Made by a program: the position numbers and the translations under genes
From: Gammaproteobacteria bacterium
GTDB taxonomy: Bacteria > Pseudomonadota > Gammaproteobacteria > JBCCGL01
NCBI GenBank assembly: GCA_965277715.1
Contig: OZ255836.1
Span: forward strand, 2,784,001 to 2,848,000
Length of the DNA stretch: 64,000 nt
Direction: 5' to 3'
Notes under the pieces: generated by a model
Database searches by the model: none
Told to the model about the DNA's origin: nothing
What the model saw: the letters and a program-made list of their open reading frames with translations, nothing else
Shown: piece after piece, positions 20,152-30,800 of the stretch
Position numbering within the stretch: the stretch's first letter is position 1
How the letters are laid out: every line of letters begins with the position of its first letter

Positions 20152-20476
20152 TCTACGCAACTATGTAACCCTCTAAATGCCTTTAGAAAATTAACGATGG
20201 CCTCTGGATCCATTTTCGATTGAGGGAATTTATGCTTAAGAATTAAAAAAAAATTAATTAAAATTGGTTGCCCCTGAAATTTTCTGCTACTCTAACTATA
20301 GTTAGAAAACAATAATACTAAATATCAAAGGCCTCTGTATTGTTTTTAGTATCAAAATGAGAAAAGTATAGCGATATGAATCAGCCACTTACAAAAATAT
20401 CTCAATACTTGGGAAGAATTAAGAGGCCACCTCATAATAATGTTACAGAGGTCTTTGGCCTTTGTAACATACTGTT
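20152..20476 (+). repeat. attI-like platform, copy 1 of 4
   Basis: Near-identical to 28400-28722, 30509-30746 and 40239-40430; ends TGTTACAGAGG-tctttgg-CCTTTGTAACA-TACT-GTT; IHF-consensus match AATCAGCCACTTA at 20379-20391. Confidence 0.8.
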
Positions 20477-20501
20477 AGCTTCTCCGGAGAAATAGAGAAT
20501 T

Positions 20502-21257
20502 ATGTGGGGGTTTTCTGGATCAGTTGAATACGTATGCGATGGCTGTGGAGCTAGTGGTGAGGTTCCCATAGTAGATTTCTCTGTAGAGTGTGTGGGTGGC
20601 GGTGATCGCCAAATGGGGCCAGAAAACTTATATGATGTAATTTATGAGTTCGAGTGTGCCGACTGTGGTGTAGATATCTCGCTTAACTTTCAAGTATCTG
20701 AGTATCCAACAGAAGTACTAAATTTCATACTAAACAACTCAACTGGGGCACAAACTGAGGGTGAACCGGGATTTGAGTATGTTAGAGAAATTTACAGTGC
20801 GAGAGATTTATTTTATCTACATGAATCAATTTCAGAACTGATCACGGCTTTGAAAGAAGATGATCAGCTTCTTAGTGCAATAACATCTCGTCAGTTCGAG
20901 GAAATTGTTGCTGAAGTCTTTAAGTCTAAAGGTTATGAAGTAGAATTAACTAAAAAGACAAGAGATGGCGGCAAGGATATTATTGCTATCCACACTGACT
21001 CATTAGACATAAGAAATAAGTACTTTATTGAGTGCAAATATTACGCGGAAAGTAACAAAATTAGTGTTGATGTAGTGCGCGCACTATATGGGGTTAAGAA
21101 TACGATGGATGGCCCTAATAAAGCAATCGTAGTGACGACTTCGACTTTCACTAGTGATGCGAGAAAGTTTGTAGAAAATGAGGCATCTAGCAGTTGGGAT
21201 TTATCTCTGGTAGATAGAGAGCAGCTACTTCAGTGGTTAAATGAGTACAAAAGCTAA
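20502..21257 (+). CDS. Gene cassette: Zn-ribbon plus Mrr-type (type IV) restriction endonuclease
   Basis: CDGC...CADC; RQFEEIVAEVF, TRDGGKDI, FIECK, VVTTSTFT; followed by attC. Confidence 0.85.
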   Translation: MWGFSGSVEYVCDGCGASGEVPIVDFSVECVGGGDRQMGPENLYDVIYEFECADCGVDISLNFQVSEYPTEVLNFILNNSTGAQTEGEPGFEYVREIYSARDLFYLHESISELITALKEDDQLLSAITSRQFEEIVAEVFKSKGYEVELTKKTRDGGKDIIAIHTDSLDIRNKYFIECKYYAESNKISVDVVRALYGVKNTMDGPNKAIVVTTSTFTSDARKFVENEASSSWDLSLVDREQLLQWLNEYKS

Positions 21258-21323
21258 CAAAGCGCTGCTGTCGGACAAATTCTCCGCTGCACTCCAAATT
21301 TGCCGTAGAGCGCGGCGTTATGC
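21252..21323 (+). other. Integron attC site
   Basis: R'' AGCTAAC ... imperfect palindrome ... R' GTTATGC, 72 bp; R'' complements GTTAGCT at the cassette start (20474). Confidence 0.92.
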
Positions 21324-21374
21324 AAGACGACTGACCTTCATCAGATGTAACAATGTAGCTACGCTGGAAACTAA

Positions 21375-23993
21375 ATGGCCCTTCTGAACGACATACTGAA
21401 TTGGACTGAATCTCTTACAACATGGCAAAGGGATGCATGTCGTCGCCTGTTCCAGAAAGAAGCTGAACTAGACGAAGCCGATTACTCTGAACTCTACAGT
21501 ATCCTCAAGACTGAGAACGGGATACAGATTGATGATGCCCCTGTTTCAGTCCCACTGACCGGTGATCATCTTCCTGCCGAGGTAGTCTCCGGTGACACTC
21601 TTACTCTTGTCGCTTTACGGGACTTGAAAAACGTTAATCAGATCCCGAGTGATCGCGCCCTAAATTTCTCAGAAGCAGGGATGACGGTTATCTATGGGGG
21701 GAATGGATCTGGCAAGTCAGGCTATGCACGCGTTATGAAGAGAGCCTGCCGGGCTAGAGATCAATCGGAGCCGATCCATCCCAATGCACACGATCCCACT
21801 GCAGCCGCGAAAGAACCGACGGCGAAGTTTGAAATACTAATTTCTGGCACCTCAGAAGAGGTTGCATGGTCACGCAACTCAACTCCGCCGGAACGCCTCT
21901 CCTCAATTTCCGTCTTCGATTCAAAGTGCGCTCGCTCATATGTCACAGCGGAGCAGGATGTCGCCTATCTCCCCTACGGTCTTGATATTGTTGAAAACCT
22001 CGCAAATCAAGTTCTCCCGAAACTTTCGGAGATGCTTGAATCAGAGGTCGGGGGAATAGATGTCAGCAAACTTCCTTTCGAGCACCTCCTTGGCGAAACT
22101 GAAGTAGGCAAAGTAGCTGAAGATCTTTCCGTCAAATCAGACACTGACGCAATTACTTTGCTCGGAACTTTCAGTGCAGAGGACGCACAGCGGCTAGCGG
22201 AGCTCGAAGCAGCTCTCAAGGAAGGTAATCCTCTGGCTAAAGCTGAAGAGGCTCGACTTTCAGGCATGCGTTTGAAGGCTTACTCAGAGAAACTAACTAA
22301 ACCTCTAAACTGGGTCAGTCCAGAAGCAGCTGAAAAACTTCAGAAACTCGACGAAGAAAAGACTATCGCAGAGGAAGCCGAGAAGAAAGCAGCAGATGCC
22401 TTACGCGCTGGGGAGGAGTTGCTACCTGGAACTGGAGACCAAGAATGGAAGCTGCTCTTTGAAGCAGCCAGACGCTACTCAACCGAAGCTGCGTATCCGG
22501 GAGAGGAGTTTCCATCTCCTGCCGAGGGAAAGGACTGCCCATTATGCCAAGAAGAGTTGCCTGAAAGTGGGTCTAAACGCCTCAAAAGATTTAACGAGTA
22601 TATCCAGAATGATGTCGCGACAACTGCCGACGCGGCACGTAAAAAGGTCGAAACAGCAAGGAGCAAGATTGAAACGGCAGAGCTTCAAATCACTCCAGAT
22701 AAAGCTCTAGGCGATGAACTCAAATCGTTAGATGACTCAGTTCTTCAATCAATCAGTGATTTCCAAACTTCCATCGATTTACGGCGGGATTCGATGCTTG
22801 AGTGCCTCGGAACATCTAAATGGGTTGAGATCCCTGTTTTGATTGACTCCCCAAGGAGCCTAGTTAGGCAGCTTGCCGCGCAGCAACTGCAGGTATTTCG
22901 CACACTGGTCAAAGCGGCGGACGAAGATAAGCGGATAAAGCTCGAGAAAGAACACCGCGAACTTTTGGCGAGGCAAAATCTATCCAAGTGCTTAAAGGCC
23001 GTCCTTGAATTGCTTGATCGCATGAAGACAAAGGCGGCACTTGAAAAGTGCAGGCCCTGTCTCAAAACTCGTCCGATTTCTGACAAGTCGAAGGAGTTTT
23101 CCACTGTCGCTGTAACTGATGAGCTCAGGAAAGCCCTCGACAAAGAGTTCAATGTGCTAGGCATCGGTCACATCAAGACGAAGCTGAAGGAAAAAAGCGT
23201 CCGAGGCAAGATGCTTCACCAACTATTGCTCGACCTGCCAATTGCAAACAAGATCGAAGAAATTTTGAGCGAAGGTGAGCAGCGTGCTATTGCACTGGGT
23301 TCATTTTTTGCCGAATTAGCCCTCGCTAATCACTCGTGCGGAATTGTCTTCGATGATCCTGTATCGTCTTTAGATCATTGGCGTCGCCTTAATGTGGCAC
23401 GCAGGTTGGTGGAGGAAGCGAAGAGTCGGCAAGTCATCGTGTTCACTCATGACACTTCGTTTCTTGGCCAATTATGCGACGAAATCGAAGCTGAGGGCAT
23501 TCCGAGTTCAAAATCGTTTTTGGAATGGCGTGGCGGCTTACCAGGTAGCGTAAACGATGGTCTTCCTTGGGATCACCAAAGCTACAAAGCACGAATCAAC
23601 TCTCTCGAACAAGCGCAGAACAAGTTAGCTAAGGCTTGGCCAGCGTATCCGGGTGAGGCCGAGATTAGCGCAATAAGACATGAGTACGACCGTTTACGAG
23701 CTACGCTCGAACGGGTCATTCAGGATGTTGTTTTTAATGGTGTTGTAAAGCGGTATCGAGACTGGATACGAGTTGACTCTCTTGAAGATGTTGTAGGCTT
23801 TGATCGGCCTGAGTATGAAGCGATCGAGAAGCTACACAAGCGAAGCTGTGATGTAGTAACTGCACACGATCCTGCGTCAGCGAAGGCCGCAGCTGTTCCA
23901 ACGGCGACAGATCTCGGAAATGATATATCTGCTTTGAAGACTATTGTTAAAACTATTAAAAACCGTAGAAAGGCCGCAAAGGCAGCGTCTTAG
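21375..23993 (+). CDS. Gene cassette: RloC-like SMC/ABC ATPase with coiled coil and zinc hook
   Basis: GGNGSGKSG, CPLCQ hook, LSEGEQR, FDDPVSSLD, VFTHD. Confidence 0.8.
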   Translation: MALLNDILNWTESLTTWQRDACRRLFQKEAELDEADYSELYSILKTENGIQIDDAPVSVPLTGDHLPAEVVSGDTLTLVALRDLKNVNQIPSDRALNFSEAGMTVIYGGNGSGKSGYARVMKRACRARDQSEPIHPNAHDPTAAAKEPTAKFEILISGTSEEVAWSRNSTPPERLSSISVFDSKCARSYVTAEQDVAYLPYGLDIVENLANQVLPKLSEMLESEVGGIDVSKLPFEHLLGETEVGKVAEDLSVKSDTDAITLLGTFSAEDAQRLAELEAALKEGNPLAKAEEARLSGMRLKAYSEKLTKPLNWVSPEAAEKLQKLDEEKTIAEEAEKKAADALRAGEELLPGTGDQEWKLLFEAARRYSTEAAYPGEEFPSPAEGKDCPLCQEELPESGSKRLKRFNEYIQNDVATTADAARKKVETARSKIETAELQITPDKALGDELKSLDDSVLQSISDFQTSIDLRRDSMLECLGTSKWVEIPVLIDSPRSLVRQLAAQQLQVFRTLVKAADEDKRIKLEKEHRELLARQNLSKCLKAVLELLDRMKTKAALEKCRPCLKTRPISDKSKEFSTVAVTDELRKALDKEFNVLGIGHIKTKLKEKSVRGKMLHQLLLDLPIANKIEEILSEGEQRAIALGSFFAELALANHSCGIVFDDPVSSLDHWRRLNVARRLVEEAKSRQVIVFTHDTSFLGQLCDEIEAEGIPSSKSFLEWRGGLPGSVNDGLPWDHQSYKARINSLEQAQNKLAKAWPAYPGEAEISAIRHEYDRLRATLERVIQDVVFNGVVKRYRDWIRVDSLEDVVGFDRPEYEAIEKLHKRSCDVVTAHDPASAKAAAVPTATDLGNDISALKTIVKTIKNRRKAAKAAS

Positions 23994-24002
23994 CAAAGCA
24001 AT

Positions 24003-24074
24003 GCATAACAAGGCGCTGCTGTCGGACAAATTTTCCGCTGCGCTCCAAATTTGCCGCAGAGCGCGGCGTTAGAT
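24003..24074 (+). other. Integron attC site
   Basis: R'' GCATAAC ... R' GTTAGAT; near-identical to 21252-21323; R'' complements GTTATGC at 21317. Confidence 0.92.
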
Positions 24075-24181
24075 GCCAAATGGAGTTCTGATTTGAGACC
24101 TGTATATTTTCTTTTTTTACTATCTATTTCTGGTGTTTTGTGGGCACAACAAATGAAAAGGGGTCAATCCTATTTAAAATG

Positions 24182-25196
24182 AAAAGGGGTCAATCCTATT
24201 TAATATTTTCAAAATAGTATAAATTTAAACGATGCCTAAACCTACTCGAATACAATACGAAAATGCCTACTACCACGTTATGAATCGTGGCAAAGCCAGA
24301 CAGACCATCTTTCATGGCGAAATTTACTACCAGGCATTTCTACAAACGCTCGATGAAGCACATAAACGCTTTGATGCCTACATCCACGCTTACTGTTTGA
24401 TGGGTAATCATTATCATCTATTGATCGAAACCCCTCGTGCTAATCTGGATCGCATCATGCGGCATATCAATGGTATCTACACACAACGCTACAACCGGCT
24501 TAGACGCACGGATGGGCCTCTTTTTCGCGGTCGTTATAAAGCGATTATTGTGGATGCAGACGACTACTTATTACCCTTAAGCCGTTACATTCATCGTAAC
24601 CCAATAGAAGTAAAGGGTGTAACAGCAGATAAGCTCGATAGCTATTCCTGGTCGAGTTACCACGCTTACATCAACCAAGCCAAAGCACCGGAATGGTTGT
24701 ATCGAGAGGCAACCTATAGTGCACTCGGCGCTAAACAACGTTACGTTGCTTATAAGACATATGTTGGTCAAGGTATTGATGAGGGCATTAGCCGTTTTTA
24801 TAACAAAGGCAATGTGACGACGATACTGGGTGACAAATCCTTCAAGACGTATATTGCCGAAAACCGGGAGTCGATGCACATATCGGGGGACTTGTCCCGT
24901 ATTGTGACGGACAAGCCAAACGGTGCAGCTATAGTCGATGCAGTGGCAGCGGTGTTTGGCGTTAACGCGAGTGATGTACTTACGCGACAGCGGGGGAGAC
25001 AACGGGCGAATCTGCCTCGTAAAGTAGCGATATATTGTTGTCAGCAATTGGGAGATATGCCGTTAAAAACGCTGGTTGAGTAGCCTTTCTCCTGCAATTG
25101 ATTATGTAAAGAGTGGGCTGTCAACGGCGGCGTGAAGGGCGTGTTTGAGCAGGTTTGCAACCGTTTGAAAAATATTAAATACGATTGACCCCTTTT
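24182..25196 (+). mobile_element. RAYT-like element type B, copy 1 (small 3' deletion gives a premature stop; CDS 24232-25083)
   Basis: TIR AAAAGGGGTCAATC / GATTGACCCCTTTT; left end duplicated (26 bp, 24151-24202); HUH and YIHRNP motifs. Confidence 0.85.
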
Positions 25197-25390
25197 TTTT
25201 CGCTCACTCAAATGGGCGAGTTTTTAATCCCAGTGGAAGTTGATCAAAGTTTCAAAAGTTAACAGGACAGCAGTGAATTACAAAATAAAAAATTCAGAAA
25301 ATAAAATATCTGGCCAATCTTTGGCGGTGTATTTTTATAATACTTTTTAAGAACTTTTTGTGTTTAACTTTTTACCTTGGAGGATAAAAA

Positions 25391-26851
25391 TTGATTAATA
25401 TAGATAATGATACAAAAGAGCCTCATTTTGGGCGTCTTCTGCTGCCAAGCAATATTGCAGACAAAGAGTTAGATCTCTCTGTATATGTTCATCGACAAGA
25501 GTGCCATGAAAAGATAGTTCAGCAAATAATCAGCTCTTACAAACAAAGAACCACAGGTGCGATTGCAATATGTGGCTCTCCAGGATCCGGAAAGTCAACG
25601 ATAGTAAGGTTTTTATATGATTATCTATCTAGCCAAAAAGAATTCACCCCGACCATTACCAGCATAGACTTTGAAGACGATGTTGGCTTCCCTCAAGGTT
25701 TGCACCCCAAACCCTTGCTTGCTGATCACTTTGCAAGTTTCTTTTCTAGGTTAGAAAGAGAGTTAGTTGCGGCAGGATCAACTCTTAACCCATTGAGAGA
25801 AAAAATTAGACCTCTGCAAAAAAGATATAAAAAATTTTTCGAGAATATAAAAGAAGAATATCCTAATAACAATCAACTAGAAATAGCTTTTGATGCTGTT
25901 CGAGATGCAATTTTCCCTAGAATAGCCACTATCGACAAAGAGTTGGTAATTTTCTGTGATAATTTAGATTTTCTTACAGCCTCTGATCAAATATTTTTTA
26001 TTGGTATGCTAGGAATGATGACAGAGACAAATAATAAAATAAAGTGCGTTTTTACTTCCAGGCCACTAACAACAGCTAGAATTAGAAAGACGTTCCACGA
26101 TTATTTAAATAAAAAGCTACTAAGCGACAATTGTTTGGAAGATATAAGCGTAGGTGATTTTTTGGGAAAAAGATTTTCCGTGTCTGACTATATATTGAAG
26201 GATGTATTTAGCATAGAGAATTTGGAAATTATCAGAAAACTATCTGCCGGAAATAACCAAGATATATTGAACAATGTAGGATCACTTTTTAATTACTATA
26301 AAAAAAACCCGGATTTATTTCCTCTAAATAATCAAGATATGATGAGGTATCTTATTTTGGTGGAAAATGCTGTATCTAACCCAATACAGCATATAAATCA
26401 AGATGATGAAGTTCCATTAAAGTGGGTGATCATGTCCTTTCTGGTAGGAAAAATACCTATTGATTTATCTTTTTATGAACGCTTGAAACTTTTTATCGAT
26501 TCAATGACTGGAAAAATCGCAAGGAGAGTAGATAGGCAGAGGGTTGAATCAATTATATTTGAAATGATAAAAGGAGATTACTTTATTCGCCGGATTGACT
26601 TTATTAATCAAGAAATAGATGGGAGAAATCTAGCCAACCACCCGGAGCGTGTTGATGGCTCGATATGTTGCCTTACCGAGCGTGGTTTACTTATGTTTCA
26701 GAGCACAAAATTAATAACAGAAGTTTACCCTAACTTCTCATCCTATAGAAACTCGGTTAGAAAGTTTATTGGGAAATACGATACCAGCTCACATAAATTT
26801 TTCAGTGAAAATAACATGCTTGGCGAAAGCTGGATGGTTTATAAAAAATGA
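25391..26851 (+). CDS. P-loop NTPase, putative defence protein
   Basis: Walker A GSPGSGKST, Walker B IFCDNLD; very low GC; TTG start uncertain. Confidence 0.7.
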   Translation: MINIDNDTKEPHFGRLLLPSNIADKELDLSVYVHRQECHEKIVQQIISSYKQRTTGAIAICGSPGSGKSTIVRFLYDYLSSQKEFTPTITSIDFEDDVGFPQGLHPKPLLADHFASFFSRLERELVAAGSTLNPLREKIRPLQKRYKKFFENIKEEYPNNNQLEIAFDAVRDAIFPRIATIDKELVIFCDNLDFLTASDQIFFIGMLGMMTETNNKIKCVFTSRPLTTARIRKTFHDYLNKKLLSDNCLEDISVGDFLGKRFSVSDYILKDVFSIENLEIIRKLSAGNNQDILNNVGSLFNYYKKNPDLFPLNNQDMMRYLILVENAVSNPIQHINQDDEVPLKWVIMSFLVGKIPIDLSFYERLKLFIDSMTGKIARRVDRQRVESIIFEMIKGDYFIRRIDFINQEIDGRNLANHPERVDGSICCLTERGLLMFQSTKLITEVYPNFSSYRNSVRKFIGKYDTSSHKFFSENNMLGESWMVYKK

Positions 26852-27324
26852 ATTGGCATAATATCAATTATATTTCGGGGTCAAAATTTTTTATTTTTGC
26901 CAGCGTCGCTCATACTTTATTTGTTTTCGCTCTTAATATTGGAATATCCGAAGACATTTTAAACATAAGCACAAAACTAGCCGTAGTTGTAAATATGATC
27001 GTATTTATATATGTTCAATCTTCTTATGTAATATGCCCGGGGCCCCTAAAAGGAATTAAAAGTCTAAAACAGTTTTACGATGCTCATGTTTTTGAATTAG
27101 AAACAGAGTTAATGAAGATTGAATATATAAACCATCATTCAATTAAAGATGTTACAGAAGCCAGTGAAAAAGAAGATATATTGTTTTTTCATTTTAAAAA
27201 AGCTGATGACTCTCTTTCTCGTGTTAGATATTTTCTTACAACTATTTTAATTACAGCTCTAATATTCTATATTGCGATATCATTTATAGGCTTTTTTACC
27301 GTCATTAATGGAATATATTCGTGA
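26848..27324 (+). CDS. Membrane protein (about 3 TM) translationally coupled to the NTPase
   Basis: ATGA overlap; hydrophobic segments at both ends. Confidence 0.65.
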   Translation: MNWHNINYISGSKFFIFASVAHTLFVFALNIGISEDILNISTKLAVVVNMIVFIYVQSSYVICPGPLKGIKSLKQFYDAHVFELETELMKIEYINHHSIKDVTEASEKEDILFFHFKKADDSLSRVRYFLTTILITALIFYIAISFIGFFTVINGIYS

Positions 27325-27357
27325 CTGTCACCTAATTTTGTAATTATTTCATGAGTC

Positions 27358-28396
27358 AAAAGGGGTCAATCTTATTTAATATTTTCAAAATAGTATAAAT
27401 TTAAACGATGCCTAGACCTACTCGAATACAATACGAAAATGCCTACTACCACGTTATGAATCGTGGCAAAGCCAGACAAACCATCTTTCATGGCGAAATT
27501 TACTACCAGGCATTTCTACAAACGCTCGATGAAGCACATAAACGCTTTGATGCCTGCATCCACGCTTACTGTTTGATGAGTAATCATTATCATCTATTGA
27601 TCGAAACCCCTCGTGCTAATCTGGATCGCATCATGCGGCATATCAATGGTATCTACACACAACGCTACAACCGGCTTAGACGCACGGATGGGCCTCTTTT
27701 TCGCGGTCGTTATAAAGCGATTATTGTGGATGCAGACGACTACTTATTACCCTTAAGCCGTTACATTCATCGTAACCCAATAGAAGTAAAAGGTGTAACA
27801 GTGGATAAGCTCGATAGCTATTCCTGGTCGAATTACCACGCTTACATCAACCAAGCCAAAGCACCAGAATGGTTGCATCGAGAGGCAACCTATAGTGCAC
27901 TCGGCGCTAAACAACGTTACGTTGCTTATAAGACATATGTTGGTCGAGGTATTGATGAGGACATTAGCCGTTTTTATAACAAAGGCAATGTGGCGACGAT
28001 ACTGGGTGACAAATCCTTCAAGACGTATATTGCCGAAAACCGGGAGTCGATGCACATATCGGGGGACTTATCCCGTATTGTGACGGACAAGCCAAACGGT
28101 GCAGCTATAGTCGATGCAGTGGCAGCGGTGTTTGGCGTTAACGCGAGTGATGTACTTACGCGACAGCGGGGTAAACAACGGGCGAATCTGCCTCGTAAAG
28201 TAGCGATATATTGTTGTCAGCAATTGGGGGATATGCTGTTAAAAACGCTGGTTGATATGTTTGAATATAGTCGTGTTAGTAGCCTTTCTCCTGCAATTGA
28301 TTATGTAAGGAGTGGGCTATCAGACGGCAGCTTGAAGGGCGTGTTTGAGCAGGTTTGCAACCGTTTGAAAAATATTAAATACGATTGACCCCTTTT
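27358..28396 (+). mobile_element. RAYT-like element type B, copy 2 (intact)
   Basis: Perfect 14-bp TIR; the stop codon lies inside the right TIR. Confidence 0.88.
27408..28388 (+). CDS. Y1 HUH transposase with DnaA_C-like HTH, full length
   Basis: YHVMNRG, NHYHLL, RYIHRNP, YSWS; C-terminus PRKVAIYCCQQLGD. Confidence 0.9.
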   Translation: MPRPTRIQYENAYYHVMNRGKARQTIFHGEIYYQAFLQTLDEAHKRFDACIHAYCLMSNHYHLLIETPRANLDRIMRHINGIYTQRYNRLRRTDGPLFRGRYKAIIVDADDYLLPLSRYIHRNPIEVKGVTVDKLDSYSWSNYHAYINQAKAPEWLHREATYSALGAKQRYVAYKTYVGRGIDEDISRFYNKGNVATILGDKSFKTYIAENRESMHISGDLSRIVTDKPNGAAIVDAVAAVFGVNASDVLTRQRGKQRANLPRKVAIYCCQQLGDMLLKTLVDMFEYSRVSSLSPAIDYVRSGLSDGSLKGVFEQVCNRLKNIKYD

Positions 28397-28399
28397 TTT

Positions 28400-28722
28400 T
28401 CTACGCAACTATGTAACCCTCTAAATGCCTTTAGAAAGTTAACGATGGCTTCTGGATCCATTTTCGGTTGAGGGAATCTATGCTTAAGAATTAAAAAAAT
28501 TAATTAAAATTGGCTGCCCCTAAAATTTTCTGCTACTCTAACTGTAGCTAGAAAACAATAATACTAAATATCAAAGGCCTCTGTATTGTTTTTAGTATCA
28601 AAATGAGAAAAATATAGCGATATGAATCAGCCACTTACAAAAATTTCTCAATACTTGGGAAGAATTAAGAGGCCACCTCATAATAATGTTACAGAGGTCT
28701 TTGGCCTTTGTAACATACTGTT
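28400..28722 (+). repeat. attI-like platform, copy 2
   Basis: Begins directly after the RAYT right-end T tract; identity with copy 1 ends a few bases after GTT (28720). Confidence 0.8.
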
Positions 28723-28744
28723 AGATTCATCATAGAAGTTTTGA

Positions 28745-29659
28745 GTGAAAAATAACAATCTCTATATAATCGGTAATGGATTCGATATCTATCATGGGAT
28801 TCCCTCACGTTATTCGGATTTCAAGGAGTATTTGAAATCAAGTAATCAAACCCTGCATGATCACGTCATCGAGTATCTTCCTGTAGAAGAAAACTGGTGT
28901 GATCTTGAGGTCGCTTTTGCGCACCTAGATGTTGATAATGTAATTGATGAAGCAATGCAGTATCTTCAAACATATTCTGCTGAGAATTGGAGTGATTCGT
29001 TTCATCATGACTATCAATTTGAGCTTGATAAGATAGTTTCGGATCTTTCTAGCGGCCTAAAGTCATATTTTTGTGAATGGATAACTCACCTTGAATTACC
29101 GTCACCCAATAGCCTTCCATGTGAGCCACTTCGAATAAATAGGAAAGGATGTTTTTTAACCTTTAATTACACAAGAACACTTCAATGTGTCTACGGTGTG
29201 GGCAATGATAATGTCATACATATACATGGTGAGTCCGAACAAGGTGAGTCTGAAATAGTATTAGGGCACTCCTGGAATCCAGAAGAAATCTCTGATCTAA
29301 ATGATGTTCCAAATCCAGAGGATATGGACACAAGGGTTATGGAAGGGAATGAAATAGTAAATGACTATCTTGGAAAAACCTTTAAGCCATCAAAGAAAAT
29401 AATCGAAGATAATGCGTTTTTCTTTTCTAATCTCTCCAGCGTTAATAAAGTATATGTTCTAGGTCACTCCATGTCAGAGGTTGACCTCCCTTACTTTGAA
29501 GAGATAAGAGGGAATGTTAACGAAAACGCTGAATGGATCGTGACTTACTACGGAGAAGAAGAGCTTGATCGTCACAAAGAAACGATCCGAAGCCTAGGAA
29601 TAGAGAATGTCAGATTTTGTGACTTTTCAGATATTACAAAAGGGGGCAATCCTATTTAA
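28745..29659 (+). CDS. abiH: AbiH-family abortive infection protein (last codons supplied by the RAYT end)
   Basis: LYIIGNGFDIYHG..SRYSDF, LTFNYT, HIHG, VLGHSMSEVD. Confidence 0.85.
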   Translation: MKNNNLYIIGNGFDIYHGIPSRYSDFKEYLKSSNQTLHDHVIEYLPVEENWCDLEVAFAHLDVDNVIDEAMQYLQTYSAENWSDSFHHDYQFELDKIVSDLSSGLKSYFCEWITHLELPSPNSLPCEPLRINRKGCFLTFNYTRTLQCVYGVGNDNVIHIHGESEQGESEIVLGHSWNPEEISDLNDVPNPEDMDTRVMEGNEIVNDYLGKTFKPSKKIIEDNAFFFSNLSSVNKVYVLGHSMSEVDLPYFEEIRGNVNENAEWIVTYYGEEELDRHKETIRSLGIENVRFCDFSDITKGGNPI

Positions 29660-30340
29660 TATTTTCAAAATAGTATAAATTTAAACGATGCCTAGACCTA
29701 CTCGAATACAATACGAAAATGCCTACTACCACGTTATGAATCGTGGCAAAGCCAGACAGACCATCTTTCATGGCGAAATTTACTACCAGGCATTTCTACA
29801 AACGCTCGATGAAGCACATAAACGCTTTGATGCCTGCATCCACGCTTACTGTTTGATGGGTAATCATTATCATCTATTGATCGAAACCCCTCGTGCTAAT
29901 CTGGATCGCATCATGCGGCATATCAATGGTATCTACACACAACGCTACAACCGGCTTAGACGCACAGATGGGCCTCTTTTTCGCGGTCGTTATAAAGCGA
30001 TTATTGTGGATACAGACGACTACTTATTACCCTTAAGCCGTTACATTCATCGTAACCCAATAGTGGCAGCGGTGTTTGGCGTTAACGCGAGTGATGTACT
30101 TACGCGACAGCGGGGGAGGCAACGGGCGAATCTGCCTCGTAAAGTAGCGATATATTGTTGTCAGCAATTGGGAGATATGCCGTTAAAAACGCTGGTTGAT
30201 ATGTTTGTATATAGTCGTGTTAGTAGCCTTTCTCCTGCAATTGATTATGTAAAGAGTGGGCTGTCAGACGGCAGCTTGAAGGGCGTGTTTGAGCAGGTTT
30301 GCAACCGTTTGAAAAATATTAAATACGATTGACCCCTTTT
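29638..30340 (+). mobile_element. RAYT-like element type B, copy 3, with in-frame 336-bp internal deletion (CDS 29688-30332)
   Basis: Both TIRs present (left has one substitution); YIHRNPI joined to VAAVFG. Confidence 0.85.
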
Positions 30341-30349
30341 TGTTCTTTT

Positions 30350-30505
30350 TGTTTTCATCGTCTTCTTTCAGCAAACGCAAGGTCTTTATGTCCTCGATAT
30401 TCTGATCATGGTTTGCCAACGCCTGCCGAAATCGTGCCACGGATAACCCCGTGTAACGCTACAGCATAGTCACCAGCAATAGCGTAGTCGATACCATCGC
30501 TTTCA
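30350..30505 (-). pseudogene. Internally deleted nucleotidyltransferase-like remnant
   Basis: LESDGIDYAIAGDYAVALHGVIRGT then ...NIEDIKTLRLLKE, resembling both ends of small NTase-fold proteins. Confidence 0.4.
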
Positions 30506-30508
30506 AGG

Positions 30509-30746
30509 TTAAGAATTAAAAAAATTAATTAAAATTGGCTGCCCCTGAAATTTTCTGCTACTCTAACTGTAGCTAAAAAACAATAATACTAAATATCAAA
30601 GGCTTCTGTATTGTTTTTAGTATCAAAATGAGAAAAATATAGCGATATGAATCAGCCACTTACAAAAATTTCTCAATACTGGGAAGAATTAAGAGGTCAC
30701 CTCATAATAATGTTACAGAGGTCTTTGGCCTTTGTAACATACTGTT
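30509..30746 (+). repeat. attI-like platform, copy 3 (5'-shortened)
   Basis: Same sequence, ending TGTAACATACT-GTT at 30744. Confidence 0.8.
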
Positions 30747-30800
30747 ATATGGCATCTGAAACGACTGTACAATCTCCCAAAAATAACGATTGAGGCGAAT

